DNA from: Chiloscyllium plagiosum
Lineage: Eukaryota
Length of the DNA stretch: 64,000 nt
Reading direction: 5' to 3'
Assembly (NCBI RefSeq): GCF_004010195.1
Contig: NC_057719.1
Span: 66,989,776-67,053,775, forward strand
A program made the translations under genes and the position numbers. Shown here piece after piece: positions 51,997 to 63,933 of the stretch (positions are counted from its first letter, which is position 1; every line of letters begins with the position of its first letter). Below the pieces are notes generated by a model that was not told where the DNA came from, ran no database searches, and saw only the letters and a program-made list of their open reading frames with translations.

Positions 51997-52289
51997 AGGA
52001 CAGCACAGTGGCTCAGTGTTGAGCACTGCTGCCTCATAGCTACCAGGGTCCCAGGTTAGATTCCAGCCTGTGTGGAGACTGCACATTCTCCCAGTGTCTA
52101 TGTGGGTTTCCTCCGGGTGCTCCGGTTTCCTCCCACAGTCCAAAGATGTGCAGGCCAGGTGAATTGGCTATGCTCAATTGCCCACAGTGTTAGATGCATT
52201 AGCCAGAGGGGGGTGGGTTACTCTTCAGATGGTCGGTGTGGACTGGTTGGGCCGAATTAGATTCCACTGAAGGGAATCTAATCTAATCT
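51997..52289 (+). mobile_element. tRNA-derived SINE (HE1-like)
   Basis: gcacagtggctcagtgttgagcactgctgcctca..ggttagattcc; (aatct)3 tail. Confidence 0.87.
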
Positions 52290-54445
52290 TTCAACTTCTG
52301 TTATCTCTACCTTAAAAATAAAGGAAGAGTCTGCTTTACAACAGAAAAACAAAACCAATGTAAAAGTCCTTTGTGAAACCTACGGAATGTTATAGCTGCA
52401 AAGTGTCAGGATCATTTCAAACAGGGGGAATGTCACAACAAGAAGAGCTAACAAGAGGGGCTACTTTCCCTTTCTCCTCTTGCAGATGTGTTTTATCCTA
52501 GAGAGAATACACAAAAAATGTTTAAAACTGTCCTTTTGTCTGGATACTATTGTGTGTGAACTAGTCTGTTGTGATAGCCACAGCTTTGAGAACAACCATT
52601 TAAAGCACCTGTGCTCTTCAGGTAACATAAAAGGGAAAACTCTCTTTAATTGCTGGGATTCAGTCACTGTCAAAAGGAATCAGAACAGAAGAATTTCAGC
52701 CAGCCTTCAAAACTAAGAATCTCAAAATTGACTGCTTAGCTGCCTAAATCATTGCCATCGCTGTCATCCAAGAATAGTCACAACGTCTCTGTATCTGCCC
52801 TTCATGATGGATTCAGAGAATGATTAATTTCTTTTTAACTTTTATTTCTTATCTCTAATTTATGTGCATGTGCAATACATTACTACTTGTTTCCATGTTT
52901 CAGAATTAATAAACCTACTTATTTTGTTAATTCAAAGACATCTGGTTAAATTGGTCCCTTTTGAAACATCATTCGGGTCCGAAAGAAAAGTAACCAAAAA
53001 GGAAGGAATCTTTTTCAAATTGCAACCAACTGAGAGGGATAAGTGAACAAAGGGATGTCAGTTCATCTCTCCTTGCCCAGGTACTTAATAATTTGGGATA
53101 TCCCATCTCAAACTGTAATTGGAGAGCCTTGCCAGTGTCTGGTTATAACCCCAGGAAGAGAATTCCAAAGACTCTCAGCTATGAGAAAAGAATTTCACCT
53201 CATCTCTTAAATGGGCAGCACCTTATTTTTAAACAGTGACTCCTCATTCTAGATTCTTCGTTTAGAGGGGAACATCCTCTCTGTCCTTGAGATGATCTCT
53301 CAGGATCTTGTATGTTTTAATCAAGTTGCTTAGGTAATTCTCCCATTCCAGGTATTAGTCTGGTAAATCTTCCCTGAATAGCTTTTAACATATTTATGTC
53401 CTTCTTTAAAATAAGTGGCTAATTTTGCACATTCTCCTCAAGATGCAGACTCAATGCTCTGTATAACTGAAGCATATTATCCTTGCTTTTGTATTGACTC
53501 CCCCTTGCAATGAATTATATATTCTCAGCTTCCTTAATTCCTCACCACACCTGCATACCAGCCTGTGAATCACACACGAGGATCCCCGATTCTCAGATCT
53601 ACAAGCTCACACTATTTCCATAATATATTTCTTTATTCCTCCTGCCAAAATGGACAATTTTATATCTTCCAAAGAATTATATTCTGTTTGCCACATCTTT
53701 GTTCACTCGTTTAACTTTCAAGGCTATGTGTCTAGTATGGGAAAGTGAGACCAGGTGAGGGTAACAGGATATTTTGGCTTTTCAGACTTAATGTGCTGAA
53801 AGGCTTCTTCAGTACTGTAATAATTTTATCTATAACCCTTCGTAGTCTCATGTCCACTCCACATACTTATTTTTCTACCTGCCTTTATGTCATTAGCAAA
53901 CTTGGCAACCCTACCTTCCATCCCTTCAACCAGATGTTTATACAAGTTGTAAACAACTGAGGTTCCAGCACTGATTTTACTGGCACACCACTCACTCCAC
54001 CTTGCCAAGCTGAAAAAGAATCATTTATGCCTACTCTGCATGCCAAATCTTCTGTTCATGCCAATATTACCGCCTACACCATGAGCTTTCATGCTTCACA
54101 ATTACCTTTGATATGTCCTTTTATCAAATGTCTGCTGGAAAATAAGTATAGTTCTTCCATCAGTTTCCCTGCATGTGTGGCCTCCACACAATTTCCCTTC
54201 AGAAAACCATGTTGACTCTGCCTGATTATTGTTGAATAATTTGCTGTTATAACTTCTTCAATAACAGTTTCCAACACTTTCTCTATAACAGATTTTAAAT
54301 TAACTGGCCTGTAGTTTGCTTTCTAACTCCTGATTTTGATTGCAGGAGTTACACTTGCTATCTTCCAGTCCTTTCCTGAATCGATGGAGTTGTGGGAAAT
54401 TAAAACAAATGCATCAACTTTTTCCATTAGGCACTTATATTAAGA

Positions 54446-54661
54446 GGAGAAAGTGAGGACTGCAGATGCTGGAGATCAGAGCTGAAAATGTGTTGATGGA
54501 AAAGCGCAGCAGGTCAGGCAGCATCCAAGGAACAGGAGAATCGACGTTTTGGGCATAAGCCCTTCTTCAGGAATTCCTGAAGGGCTTATGCCCGAAACGT
54601 TGATTTTCCTGTTCCTTGGATGCTGCCTGACCTGCTGCGCTTTTCCAGCAACACATTTTCA
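54446..54661. mobile_element. Fold-back PLE-derived element (family A), 15-bp perfect TSD
   Basis: TSD gcacttatattaaga at 54431-54445 and 54662-54676; about 90-bp arms centred on ttcaggaattcctgaa. Confidence 0.93.
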
Positions 54662-55388
54662 GCACTTATATTAAGACACCAGAATGAAGTCCATGAGAAT
54701 GTAGGCACTTGTCAACTGACAGTTCAGATTACTTAAAGTGCATAATGGCTAGAAATGTTCCTATTTCTTACAAAGGCTTATGAATGCCAGCATAATTGGT
54801 AATGTTCAATTAGCTCATAGTGTAACTATTAGCACAATCAAGGTTGTTCAGTAAGTTCACAGCAACGTCTCATGTTAAACAGTACGTTCTGCGCTTTGCC
54901 AGGACCAGACAGTTAAGTAGTCAGTACTCTACTGTGTAGCCTATTCTGATCAATCAAAAGGATTGATTTTGATATGACCTGCCAACTGTATCTGGCATCA
55001 CTGCAACGCTGAAACTCATATACCATATCACTCATATCTGACCAGCAGAATGCCTTTTTGGCTCAATAGGAGCATCCTGTTAAAGACAAATACCACCCAT
55101 ATGGCTACTGAATAGTAGCACTGTGAAACAGCTAACTACTTGCTCAAATATTATCAAATGCAACTCCACAACTGGACAGAGTATGCTGAACATTTCAGAA
55201 TTCCAATAACAATAATTTGAGCTCAAAATAAATTAATAAAATAAAAAGCTTCTAAAGCATTGATGTAATATTACAGTTAAAATGCTAATAAAGAAAACAA
55301 TGTTTAAATAAAAATCAAATATCTTCCAGTAGTTAGAAGTATGCATTTTTTTTCATCTTTGGTGACAACTTGAATGTATTATAACTGA

Positions 55389-55586
55389 TTTGGAGGTGCC
55401 ATTGTTGGACTGGGATTTACAAACTTAAAAAAAAAATCGCACAACACCAGGTTATAGTCCAACAGGTTTATTTGGAAGCACTAGCTTTCGGAGCGCTGCT
55501 CCTTCTTCAGGTGGGAAGGAGCAGCGCTTTGAAAGCTAGTGCTTCCAAGTAAACCTGTTGAACTATAACGTTGTGATTTTAACGTT
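55389..55586. mobile_element. Fold-back PLE-derived element (family B), 10-bp TSD
   Basis: TSD ttataactga at 55379-55388 and 55587-55596; arms meet near 55513. Confidence 0.9.
55479..55513 (-). ncRNA. Minimal hammerhead-like motif, best preserved family-B copy
   Basis: Minus: cac-CTGAAGA-A-GGAGC-AGC-GCTCC-GAAAG-CTA-gtg; stems I (3 bp) and II (5 bp) perfectly paired. Confidence 0.72.
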
Positions 55587-55678
55587 TTATAACTGAAAAA
55601 AGTGACAGGAGCTCCCTCTAATGGTTGATTTAACAGCTACATTCCATGCATGGTGTCATAATTTTAAACCTGTTAAAA

Positions 55679-55900
55679 AGCACCCCCTGCACTGGCAGGG
55701 GATACATTCCAGGACCTAGTGCGCAAGGCCGAAATCACAGATAGGAGCTAATCCGTTAATTTAAAATAGCAAATTTACCTTCCCGGTAGCCTCCTGGTGC
55801 CTGGTTCTGGAACATTTCCTTTTTACTGTTCAGGCCACAGGCAACCATGGGTAACTGAAACACCGGAAAATGATTTCACAGACATGGGGGTTATCCTGTA
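55679..55900. mobile_element. Tigger/MER2-like MITE
   Basis: caccccc..ggggatacattccaggacc ... gggtaactgaaac..gggggttatcctgta resembles MER2/Tigger termini. Confidence 0.6.
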
Positions 55901-58900
55901 TTCCACAGCAACATTATAAAATTAGATAAAACACTGAAGTACTTAAGGAGATGCCCGGGCCAATGTTCAAGAGCATGGTCAAGGAGGTAGGATTTTAAGG
56001 AGTGTTTTAAGAGACCAAAGTGGAGGTAGAGCTGCTTTAGGGACAGTATTTGAGGAACAATATGGATTTGTTTTGCAATCATTCATGGTATGAGGGTTTT
56101 GATGTCTCAGCCAGCATTTGTTGCCCATCCCAAAGAGCAGTTAAGAATCAATCACATTGTTGTGGGTCTGGAGTCACATGCAGGCCAGATCAGGTAAGGA
56201 TGACAATTTTCTCCCCCAAAAAGGACATTAATGAACCAGATGGGTTTTTATAATAATTGACAGTGGTTTCATGGTCATTAGACTCAATTCCTGATTTTTA
56301 TTGAACTCAAATTCTACCATTTGCCATGGTGAGATCCCAATCTGGGTCCCGAGAACATTACTTGAGTTTCTGGATTAATATCTCAACGATAAACCCACGA
56401 GGCCACCTTCTCCCCAAAAAATAAGAGATATCGCAATGACTGCATAGGGGAGGGATCACATGACATTTGTCTCTCTCTCCCCCTTTCCTTTCAACTGGTA
56501 TTCAGTTCTGATTACTGGAGAATGATAGTTCCCCTGGGAGTGCAGCCAAATTGAAACTCTCATTGATGGTTCAGCTGCACAGTTGAGTAGTGGGGTGGGG
56601 ATCAGATAGGACAGGTTAGAAAAAGAGGAAAAGCAACATCTGTAGTGACAGGCATAGAGAAGCATTTCATCAGCTGTAGATATTAATTCAAGATGATGGA
56701 TGACAGAACAATTAGTGGGTGAGGTTTAAAAAAACAAGTCAGTCAATATGGGTTGAACTGAAGAGCAAAATAGATACAAATCAAACTGGTAGTGGGGTAT
56801 AACAGATTCCTAAATTGTCATCTAGAACAGTAAATCTCAAGAGGTGCAAACACAACAAAACTGAAATAAAAGGGCATTTCAGCTATCCCATTATTAACTG
56901 GGACATAGTGTGAAAGACAGTTGTGGGCAGAATGCTTAATGAAAGTTATCCAGAATGCATTTTACCAATATATAGCAATTCCAACATGACACAGGACAAC
57001 TGGGGACTAAGTGTTAGTTTTGAGGACAAAGCTGGCAAATGGAAGCGATCTTAATGAGCATAAACCAAAAGGAGAAAAGTACTCAACTGAGGCAAGTCTA
57101 ATTTTGCGGAGCTTCTCCAGTACATTGTGTTTTGTTCCAAAGCAAGTATATCCCATGAAACAGGGTGAGACAAACAACTCCAGAGTTCCATGGAGGTCAA
57201 GGAGTGTAAAAGGAAAGCATATGACAAATACCATAAACTTAACACTTCAGAAAGCCTAGAGGAACATAGAAGTGTTGGCATAAACATATAAAGTTAGGAA
57301 GTCAAGTACAAAGCATGTTCAAATACCAGTAAATAAAATCAAGGAAAATAAAGCTTTTAAAAAAAAAGGCACTAAATAACAAAATGGTAACCATAAAAAG
57401 GGTCTATTAAAGAACTCAAGGATAGATCGTGTTGTTTGGAAGGAAATTAGTAGTTTTAATGATTACTTTGTATTCTGTTTTTGCATAGACATGACAAATG
57501 TTGCAATCTGGGAGGAATATATTAGATTAAGTGTCATAATGATATAAAATAAGCATTATTGATTTTATAGATTTGTTTATCCAATTCAATACCTAGAATT
57601 TTCATGGCCTGAAACAGCTTTAAAAAAAGCAGCAAAACACTATCTTAAAATGACCAAAGGCTTCACCTTGGGAAACCAAGATGGGTTAGACCATAGTAAC
57701 CCCAGCTAAAATTAACATTTTACAAAAGACAATGAAATCAGCCAGCAAGATCCCATGGGAAGTGTAAAAAGGCCCTAATCTACTGTTTTGATTTATATCT
57801 TCAGATGAATCGTCACATATTGGACAATAGGCTTCTTAATTGTAGGCCAGATTCTAAAAACAACTTTGCAGATGGAAAATACAGGCTCATTTGTATTTCA
57901 AGAAGGTGCTTTGGCAAAGAGCAAAGATGAAACTAAGGATGCAACACTGATGACAGGCCAAGAACTCACTCTCACTCTCTCAAACAAAAAAAAAGCTCCT
58001 GGTGACATTACTACTGCACACACTCGAGTAAAAGCCGATCCACTATTTTTGACCAAAAATCTGGAATTTTCCATACATCTCCTGTAGAAGTCGACCCAAG
58101 CTCTTCAGGCAACAGATCAACATTTAAGAATCAAGGTGTTATCCTGTACATAAATGTTATGATGAGGAAATGAACTTTTTTTGTGATATTAGGTGTTTTG
58201 ATGCACAATTCACACCAACATTAGGGTACAGATTTCTTAAGTTCATTATTGAACGAACACTATAATTAGTGTGACACGAAATTTACCGCACCACCATTTC
58301 CTGTATTAGACACACCTATATACACTTAATTCACTATAAGCACCATGTAGTTGTTGACAACTTCTCACAGATACAATGGTCAGTGAGACTGTATGAGAGT
58401 CAAATGTCTAATTTTTTTAAATCTGAAATTAAAATGCTAGTTTGAAAAACAAAAACAGTAGGCAATAGAAAACGGAGGGAAATGGAAGAATTGGCTGCGA
58501 ACGTTTGAAATGCATCAGGTCTGAGTCAGTGGAAACCTCCCCTAGTGTGTACCTCAGTCCCCCTGTAGCACTCATGGAATTACCTTAACTTTTTTTTTCT
58601 TTATTCGTTTAGAGATCAATTAGGCTTCTGCTCATATGGTATCTTGAACCGTACCATGAATTTCAGCCCCTCACTAGTTGTATCCATGTAATACTCTACC
58701 TTAAAGATTTAACCTTAAAGATTGCCTAAATAATTCAGCAATTACACTGGTATACACTATAATGAAAAAGAAACACATTAGAAGTTAAAAGGATAACTAC
58801 AATATTTCCTGTCATCAACTAAACAACTGGAATGTCAGGTTAAAACCTTGCACCTCAACAATGCCCTATCAACTTTAAACAGTGTTCCTTTCCCTCCCTG

Positions 58901-59360
58901 GACACAATACTTTTTTGAGACACTGAATGGATGCCAGTCACTTGGCCTTGGTGTCTTTATTATTTTTTTCTCAGGTTTGGCTGATGATAAACATGCTCCC
59001 TTGCTCTCTCTCATGATTGACTCCTTACTTCAAGAGTAGAAACTACTTAAGTACTTTGCAATTAGGAAGAGATCTAGCCCAGTGTTTAAAAAAATAAATG
59101 TATGTTACAGACAACTGTGGAGGGTGAAAAGAGGGCAACTGATTCACTCCTCCTCTCCTGATCAAAACAACAGAAAGAGAGAAAGTTATTGGGAGATTTA
59201 ACTCTCCAAGACCAGGTGAAATTTATCCTAGGCTAATGGAAACAAGACAATAACAAAGCTTTTGGATATTTTCCAATCCTATGGATGCAGATGTTGAGCT
59301 GGAGAACTGCAGAGTCGCACAAGAAGGCCATACAAAATCCAAGTATTTCTTAATGTCTTT

Positions 59361-59366
59361 TTTATT
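59361..59366 (-). promoter_or_regulatory. Candidate FAM98B polyadenylation signal AATAAA
   Basis: tttatt on + strand, about 385 nt downstream of the TGA on the minus strand. Confidence 0.5.
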
Positions 59367-59749
59367 CACTACATGTCTAAAATTTTTCCATTAAAAAAAA
59401 AAATTGACTGGTCACAGCTCTTCAGAACCTTCCAACATTTCCAAAGTAAAACACTTTCATAATCACATTCTCATAGAAAAAGCAAGTTTCAACAATTAAC
59501 ATGTAAAAAAAAGATTTTTGTTACAGTAGTAAACAGTTTCTAGATCTTATATCTATGAGCAGTCTTAAAAAAGTCTTCAATTATCTACCTTAAAAAGGAC
59601 ATCATGGTGCCTTTCTTTCTCAATTGAATAGATAAAATAATCAATTTACAGTTGCAGGTTCAACATTCACACTCTACTATAGTGACAAATGAATGTAACT
59701 ACAGGAGTTCATTCTTATACAAGCATCACAAATAGATTGCAATACCCAT

Positions 59750-59989
59750 TCAGTACCGTCTATATCCTCCTCTTCCATAGTTTCCCATATCTCCATAGCC
59801 ACCTCTTCCTCCATAACCACCTCTTCCTCCATAACCACCTCCACTTCCCTGGCCACCACCCCAACCACCTCCACCACGCCCCCCACCTCGCCCTCCATCT
59901 TGTCTCTTCTGCCACGGTGGCATCTCTGGTGGTGGTGCTTCTATCTCAGACGGCCGACCTCCTCGATCTGGCACTCTTCCCATCAAGAC
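59750..59989 (-). CDS. FAM98B: FAM98 family terminal coding exon (FAM98B by synteny), Gly/Arg-rich tail
   Basis: Minus-strand acceptor tttgacag|GTCTTGATG; VLMGRVPDRGGRPSEIEAPPPEMPPWQKRQDGG...YRRY*; the VPDRGGRP..PPPEMPPWQKR motif is diagnostic of FAM98. Upstream exons not found in the window. Confidence 0.88.
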   Translation of the reverse strand, partial: VLMGRVPDRGGRPSEIEAPPPEMPPWQKRQDGGRGGGRGGGGWGGGQGSGGGYGGRGGYGGRGGYGDMGNYGRGGYRRY

Positions 59990-62819
59990 CTGTCAAAGAA
60001 AACCACAATGTGGGGTCAAAGCAGCAAAGCACGTTTCTTTTAAAAACTGACCATTTGCTGACCTTTACAGATAATATGTTCTCACAGAGATTTACCAACT
60101 TGGAATGGAATATAAACGAGAAAAGAACTACAGCCTCATTGTGGCCTTCCATTAAGAATGAGGGAAGCTACACAATAAGCCACGAGAACTGGTACAAAAC
60201 CCTATGGCCGGAAATGTGTTATTTGTTAAAGGATAGTTGCATGTTTTAGCACTAGAGCTTTAGCTTTGAAGAACTAATTGTCAACTATTTGTACAATTAC
60301 CAAGCCTCATCAAGTGACTTTACTGACAGAAGATGAGGTAGAGTTTTACAAGAATTTAATTCCTTCCAGTCAAACCTCTTCACCTATTATTTTGTGTAAT
60401 TTATTTTTAAGAGTCAAGTGCCAAAAATATTTAGTCATTATATACTTTTGAGCCAAGACGAGAAACAAATTGATAGTCTAAGGAATGCACATGATAGGCA
60501 ACTGAAGGAAAATGCCATACCCGCAGAAGCAGAAGTAACTCGGCCAAACTTGGGACACATTAACACATCAAAACACTGATAATCTCCCCAACCTCAAAAA
60601 CTTAATTCACACATCAAAGGGCAGTGTTTCAAAATGCTTCAAACACACAGTTTTCTTTAAAGTGCGATATCTAAATGCAGTAGCATTCTACTTCAATCAA
60701 GAAGAGTTATCAGTTTAAAAAAAAAACTTATTCCTAGATATATTAAGAGAGATGAAGAGTTGATCAGCACACTGGGCAAGCTCACCACAACATGTGAATG
60801 CAACCAACCATCCAAGCTGTATTCAAAGCCTGCCAGTTTTGGCACTGAGGCAAAACTACCACAATAACATCAAGAGCAAACTTAAATCAATTTAGTGTAA
60901 GTGTTCCAAATCAGAAAGAAATACAGACTCACTTTCATAGGAATGCAATTTTTTTAATGCATGTTTTTCTCCACTTACTTGGACGAGATAGATAAAAACA
61001 AAAAGGTAGAGAAGGAGAAGCAGCAAATTGTCTACCAATGACTAGAATTGCAAAATCTACGAAAGCATCCAAGTTGCTATAGGTTTGATGTTATAGAAGT
61101 TTAGGTATACAGTAAGATCCAATGCAGTCTTTACCTTTGGTGATTAAAATGAAAATATTCTTTAAGTATCATGTTGGCACTATACACTAAAACAGCCGTC
61201 TAGACCTTGATGTTCAACTTGCTTATCTAACACTCTGCTCAAACCTTTTGGCAACACTCTTATCAATGTTAGTGCTTACACACTATGCTCTCCTGAACAT
61301 AAACATATGTTTACAACATGCTAATAAATATTCATCTGAAACATTAACTGACATTTTTCTTTTCAAATGTGGATGGAAGGCAAGCTTCCATTCTGCACTT
61401 CATCAAAAATATAATTATATTCAGAATGCCTTACAATGTGATGTGCTACTTTGCATGTTTGTGCAATACATCAGAAATGGTGTGTTAGGCCCCCACTCCC
61501 AGGCCCCAGAAAAGCCAGTGCAAGCTGGTTACTCATTCAGCTGCAAGAGTTTTGCTGCTGAGAGAAGCAATTTTCATCCAAAGCTCAGACAATTAGATGC
61601 AGTAAAGTAGTTTGAAACTACTTTGATCCAGATGTAGGGAGAATGGCATAAAAAAACCCAAATATAATGAAAATGCTAATCAATCATTTATCAATTCATT
61701 TAAATTAATCGATGATAAATTGATAAATGAACTACTTTGTGTATTCATTTGCTGCCTGCCTGTACCTATAATGATCAGTGTTAAAACTGTAAAATAGGGT
61801 CAAAGCTGCAACTGGAAGCCAAAGAGATGCAAGTCTTAATTTTATAATATTCATATTTTGATTATAGTAGGAATTGCATTTACAAGCGACTTACTAATTG
61901 TATCCGTGGAATAGATATGAAATTCTCATGGTGTTCAGAGTATTTTCTATTTAAAGAATGGCCAAACATTCTCTTCTGTTAACCTTTCAGTGTCTGGAAG
62001 AAGGAACTATCAGATGTAGAGTACTTTTCCTGACAATGCAAGCTATCACCAGAAATATTATTAGTCCAGTAACAAAACCACTAATACTTTGAATTCCTTC
62101 AGTTGACTGTCATTGTACTAAACAGAGACTTCAGTTTTTTAATGATCCTTTGAGCGATGTCACCAGGAATATCTTAAAGGTCCAACCGTTGTAGCAAATT
62201 TGTGGGACGGGCTCTGGACAATGTGCTGTTATAACAGGCGAAGGATGACCATGTCCCTCACTCACTCTGGAGGAGGAGGAATGTTGCACGGGCAAAGTGG
62301 CCCAGTCATCATTGTTCAATATATCACCAAAATCTGACCAGCCAACCAGTCAAGATCATGTGGACAATGACAGCATTCCACAATCCTCATATTAAACAAA
62401 ACCATGCATGTGTTTTTACTAGGGTCCATTTGCCAACTCCTGTGATAATGGAGAATTGGTAAAGAAAGGATTGCAAGCCTGAAACTCTCCAGCAAAGTCA
62501 GTTATACTTGACATCTATGTCCAAACTATCAACTTCCAGCATCATTTTCATCAGAATCGATTTGATCAGAACTATGCCAAAATATGGAATCTCCTAGTTG
62601 ATTATCTGGATCACAAATCAAGAATTTCAACAGTTCATGGCTCAGGCCAAATAAAATTCAGATGATAAAAAGGAGAGCCAACAATATGTTTTTAAAGCCA
62701 TGAGGGTCATCAATGGGGTCATCAAATGGACAAAATCTCTTTTGTTCACAGGATGGCATTTATCTGAAGGATGATAATTTCACCCATCAACACAGGAAAG
62801 AGCAACTGATCAACTGATC

Positions 62820-63835
62820 TAAGATGGCAGTGATCAGAAAGGTCTGCTTTGCTGAGTTCTGCATCACACTCAAGCAAAGTGGTACTTTAACCATCCCTCC
62901 TCCCCCCACTTAAGCCATTTTAGTAAAATTTGACATTAAAACAGTTTCAGAACCTTTACTAATTCCATTTTGTAGAGTAGAGATGACAAAACATAGAAAA
63001 GGATCGAAGAAGTCCCAACATGTGGGACACCAGCCACAGACACCGAGTATGACCACAGCTGCGACTCCCTCTGCTGGTTCGTTGGACCAATTACTTACCA
63101 GACCTTGGTTGCAGAGTTTAAGAAGCTGCGGGAAGTGATTGAGGCTTCGATTAAAGGAAAGTTCTGAAGTAGGTTGGACCCAATCTCAGCTATGTTTCAG
63201 GAACATGAGCAGCAGCTTGAAGGCCTTGGAAAGAGAATGGAGGAGGTCGAACACTGGACCACAGTATGAGAGACCATGATCAATTCCTCAAACGAGTGGA
63301 TCCAGGCCCTTGAAAAACAGGTCAGTATCTTAACTGAGCGAGTTGACGACCTTGAAAATAGAGGTAGGAGGAAGAACGCCTGTATTGTTGGGCTGCCAGA
63401 GGGAGCAGAAGGCAGTCAGCTAGTGAGTTTTTTGAAAGCTGGTTACCACGATTCCTTTGCTTAGAGGCTGAAGTAGGCCGGGTTAAGATCGAGACAGCTC
63501 AGAGCTGTGGTGCGGAGGTCAGGTTCAGACCAACTCCCTCGCCTGGTCCTAATGCAATTCCACAGTTATAGGGACAAGCAAAAAGCTCTGGAAGCCTCCA
63601 GAACACAAGGAAGGGATCCGCAGGCCTTAATTCATGAGGCTCCAAGATTATGTTTTTCCAGAACTTTTCTGTGGCAGTGGTTCAAAAAAGGAAGCCCTTT
63701 GATGATATTAAGAGAAGACTGAGGGACTTTGGATTCAGTATTGTGCAAGGTATCCAGCAGTGCTTCATTTTACTTACAACGTTCATTTGAATCCTCAGAA
63801 AAAAAAAACGAAAAACTTTCTGGACTCTTTAAACT
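62820..63835 (+). mobile_element. L1-clade LINE 5' part, disrupted ORF1, antisense in FAM98B intron
   Basis: ALEKQVSILTERVDDLENRGRRKNACIVGLPEGAEG and PRLVLMQFHSYRDKQKAL match L1 ORF1p coiled-coil/RRM motifs; frameshifts. Confidence 0.85.
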
Positions 63836-63933
63836 AGGTTGGATAGTTTAACTTACATGGACAATAATGCTTTTCCCTTTTCTTAAAGAAAGTGTTGTTG
63901 GATTTTTTTCTGATACTAATCAGCATTAATGTA

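Larger units (their letters stand above)
51890..54720 (-). mobile_element. Old CR1 LINE with nested SINE, possible solo LTR (about 52385-53150) and fold-back element
   Basis: IRQSQHGFLKG and RVAKFANDIK on -; 3' motif near 51900-51950. Confidence 0.65.

Noticed and set aside
51997..52070. Functional tRNA gene (also other SINE heads)
   Set aside because: Degenerate cloverleaf continuing into SINE body and tail
54446..54661. Classical DNA-transposon MITE or pre-miRNA
   Set aside because: TSD lengths vary (9-16 bp) between copies, arms are asymmetric, and the sequence matches the PLE 3' end; no evidence of miRNA processing is available
59689..60249. 186-aa His-rich ORF
   Set aside because: Antisense shadow of the Gly-rich FAM98B exon
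61684..61730. 13-bp inverted repeat tcatttatcaatt/aattgataaatga
   Set aside because: Short and AT-rich, with no other support
60000..62800. Upstream FAM98B exon
   Set aside because: No FAM98-like peptide with splice sites was found; it probably lies beyond the window
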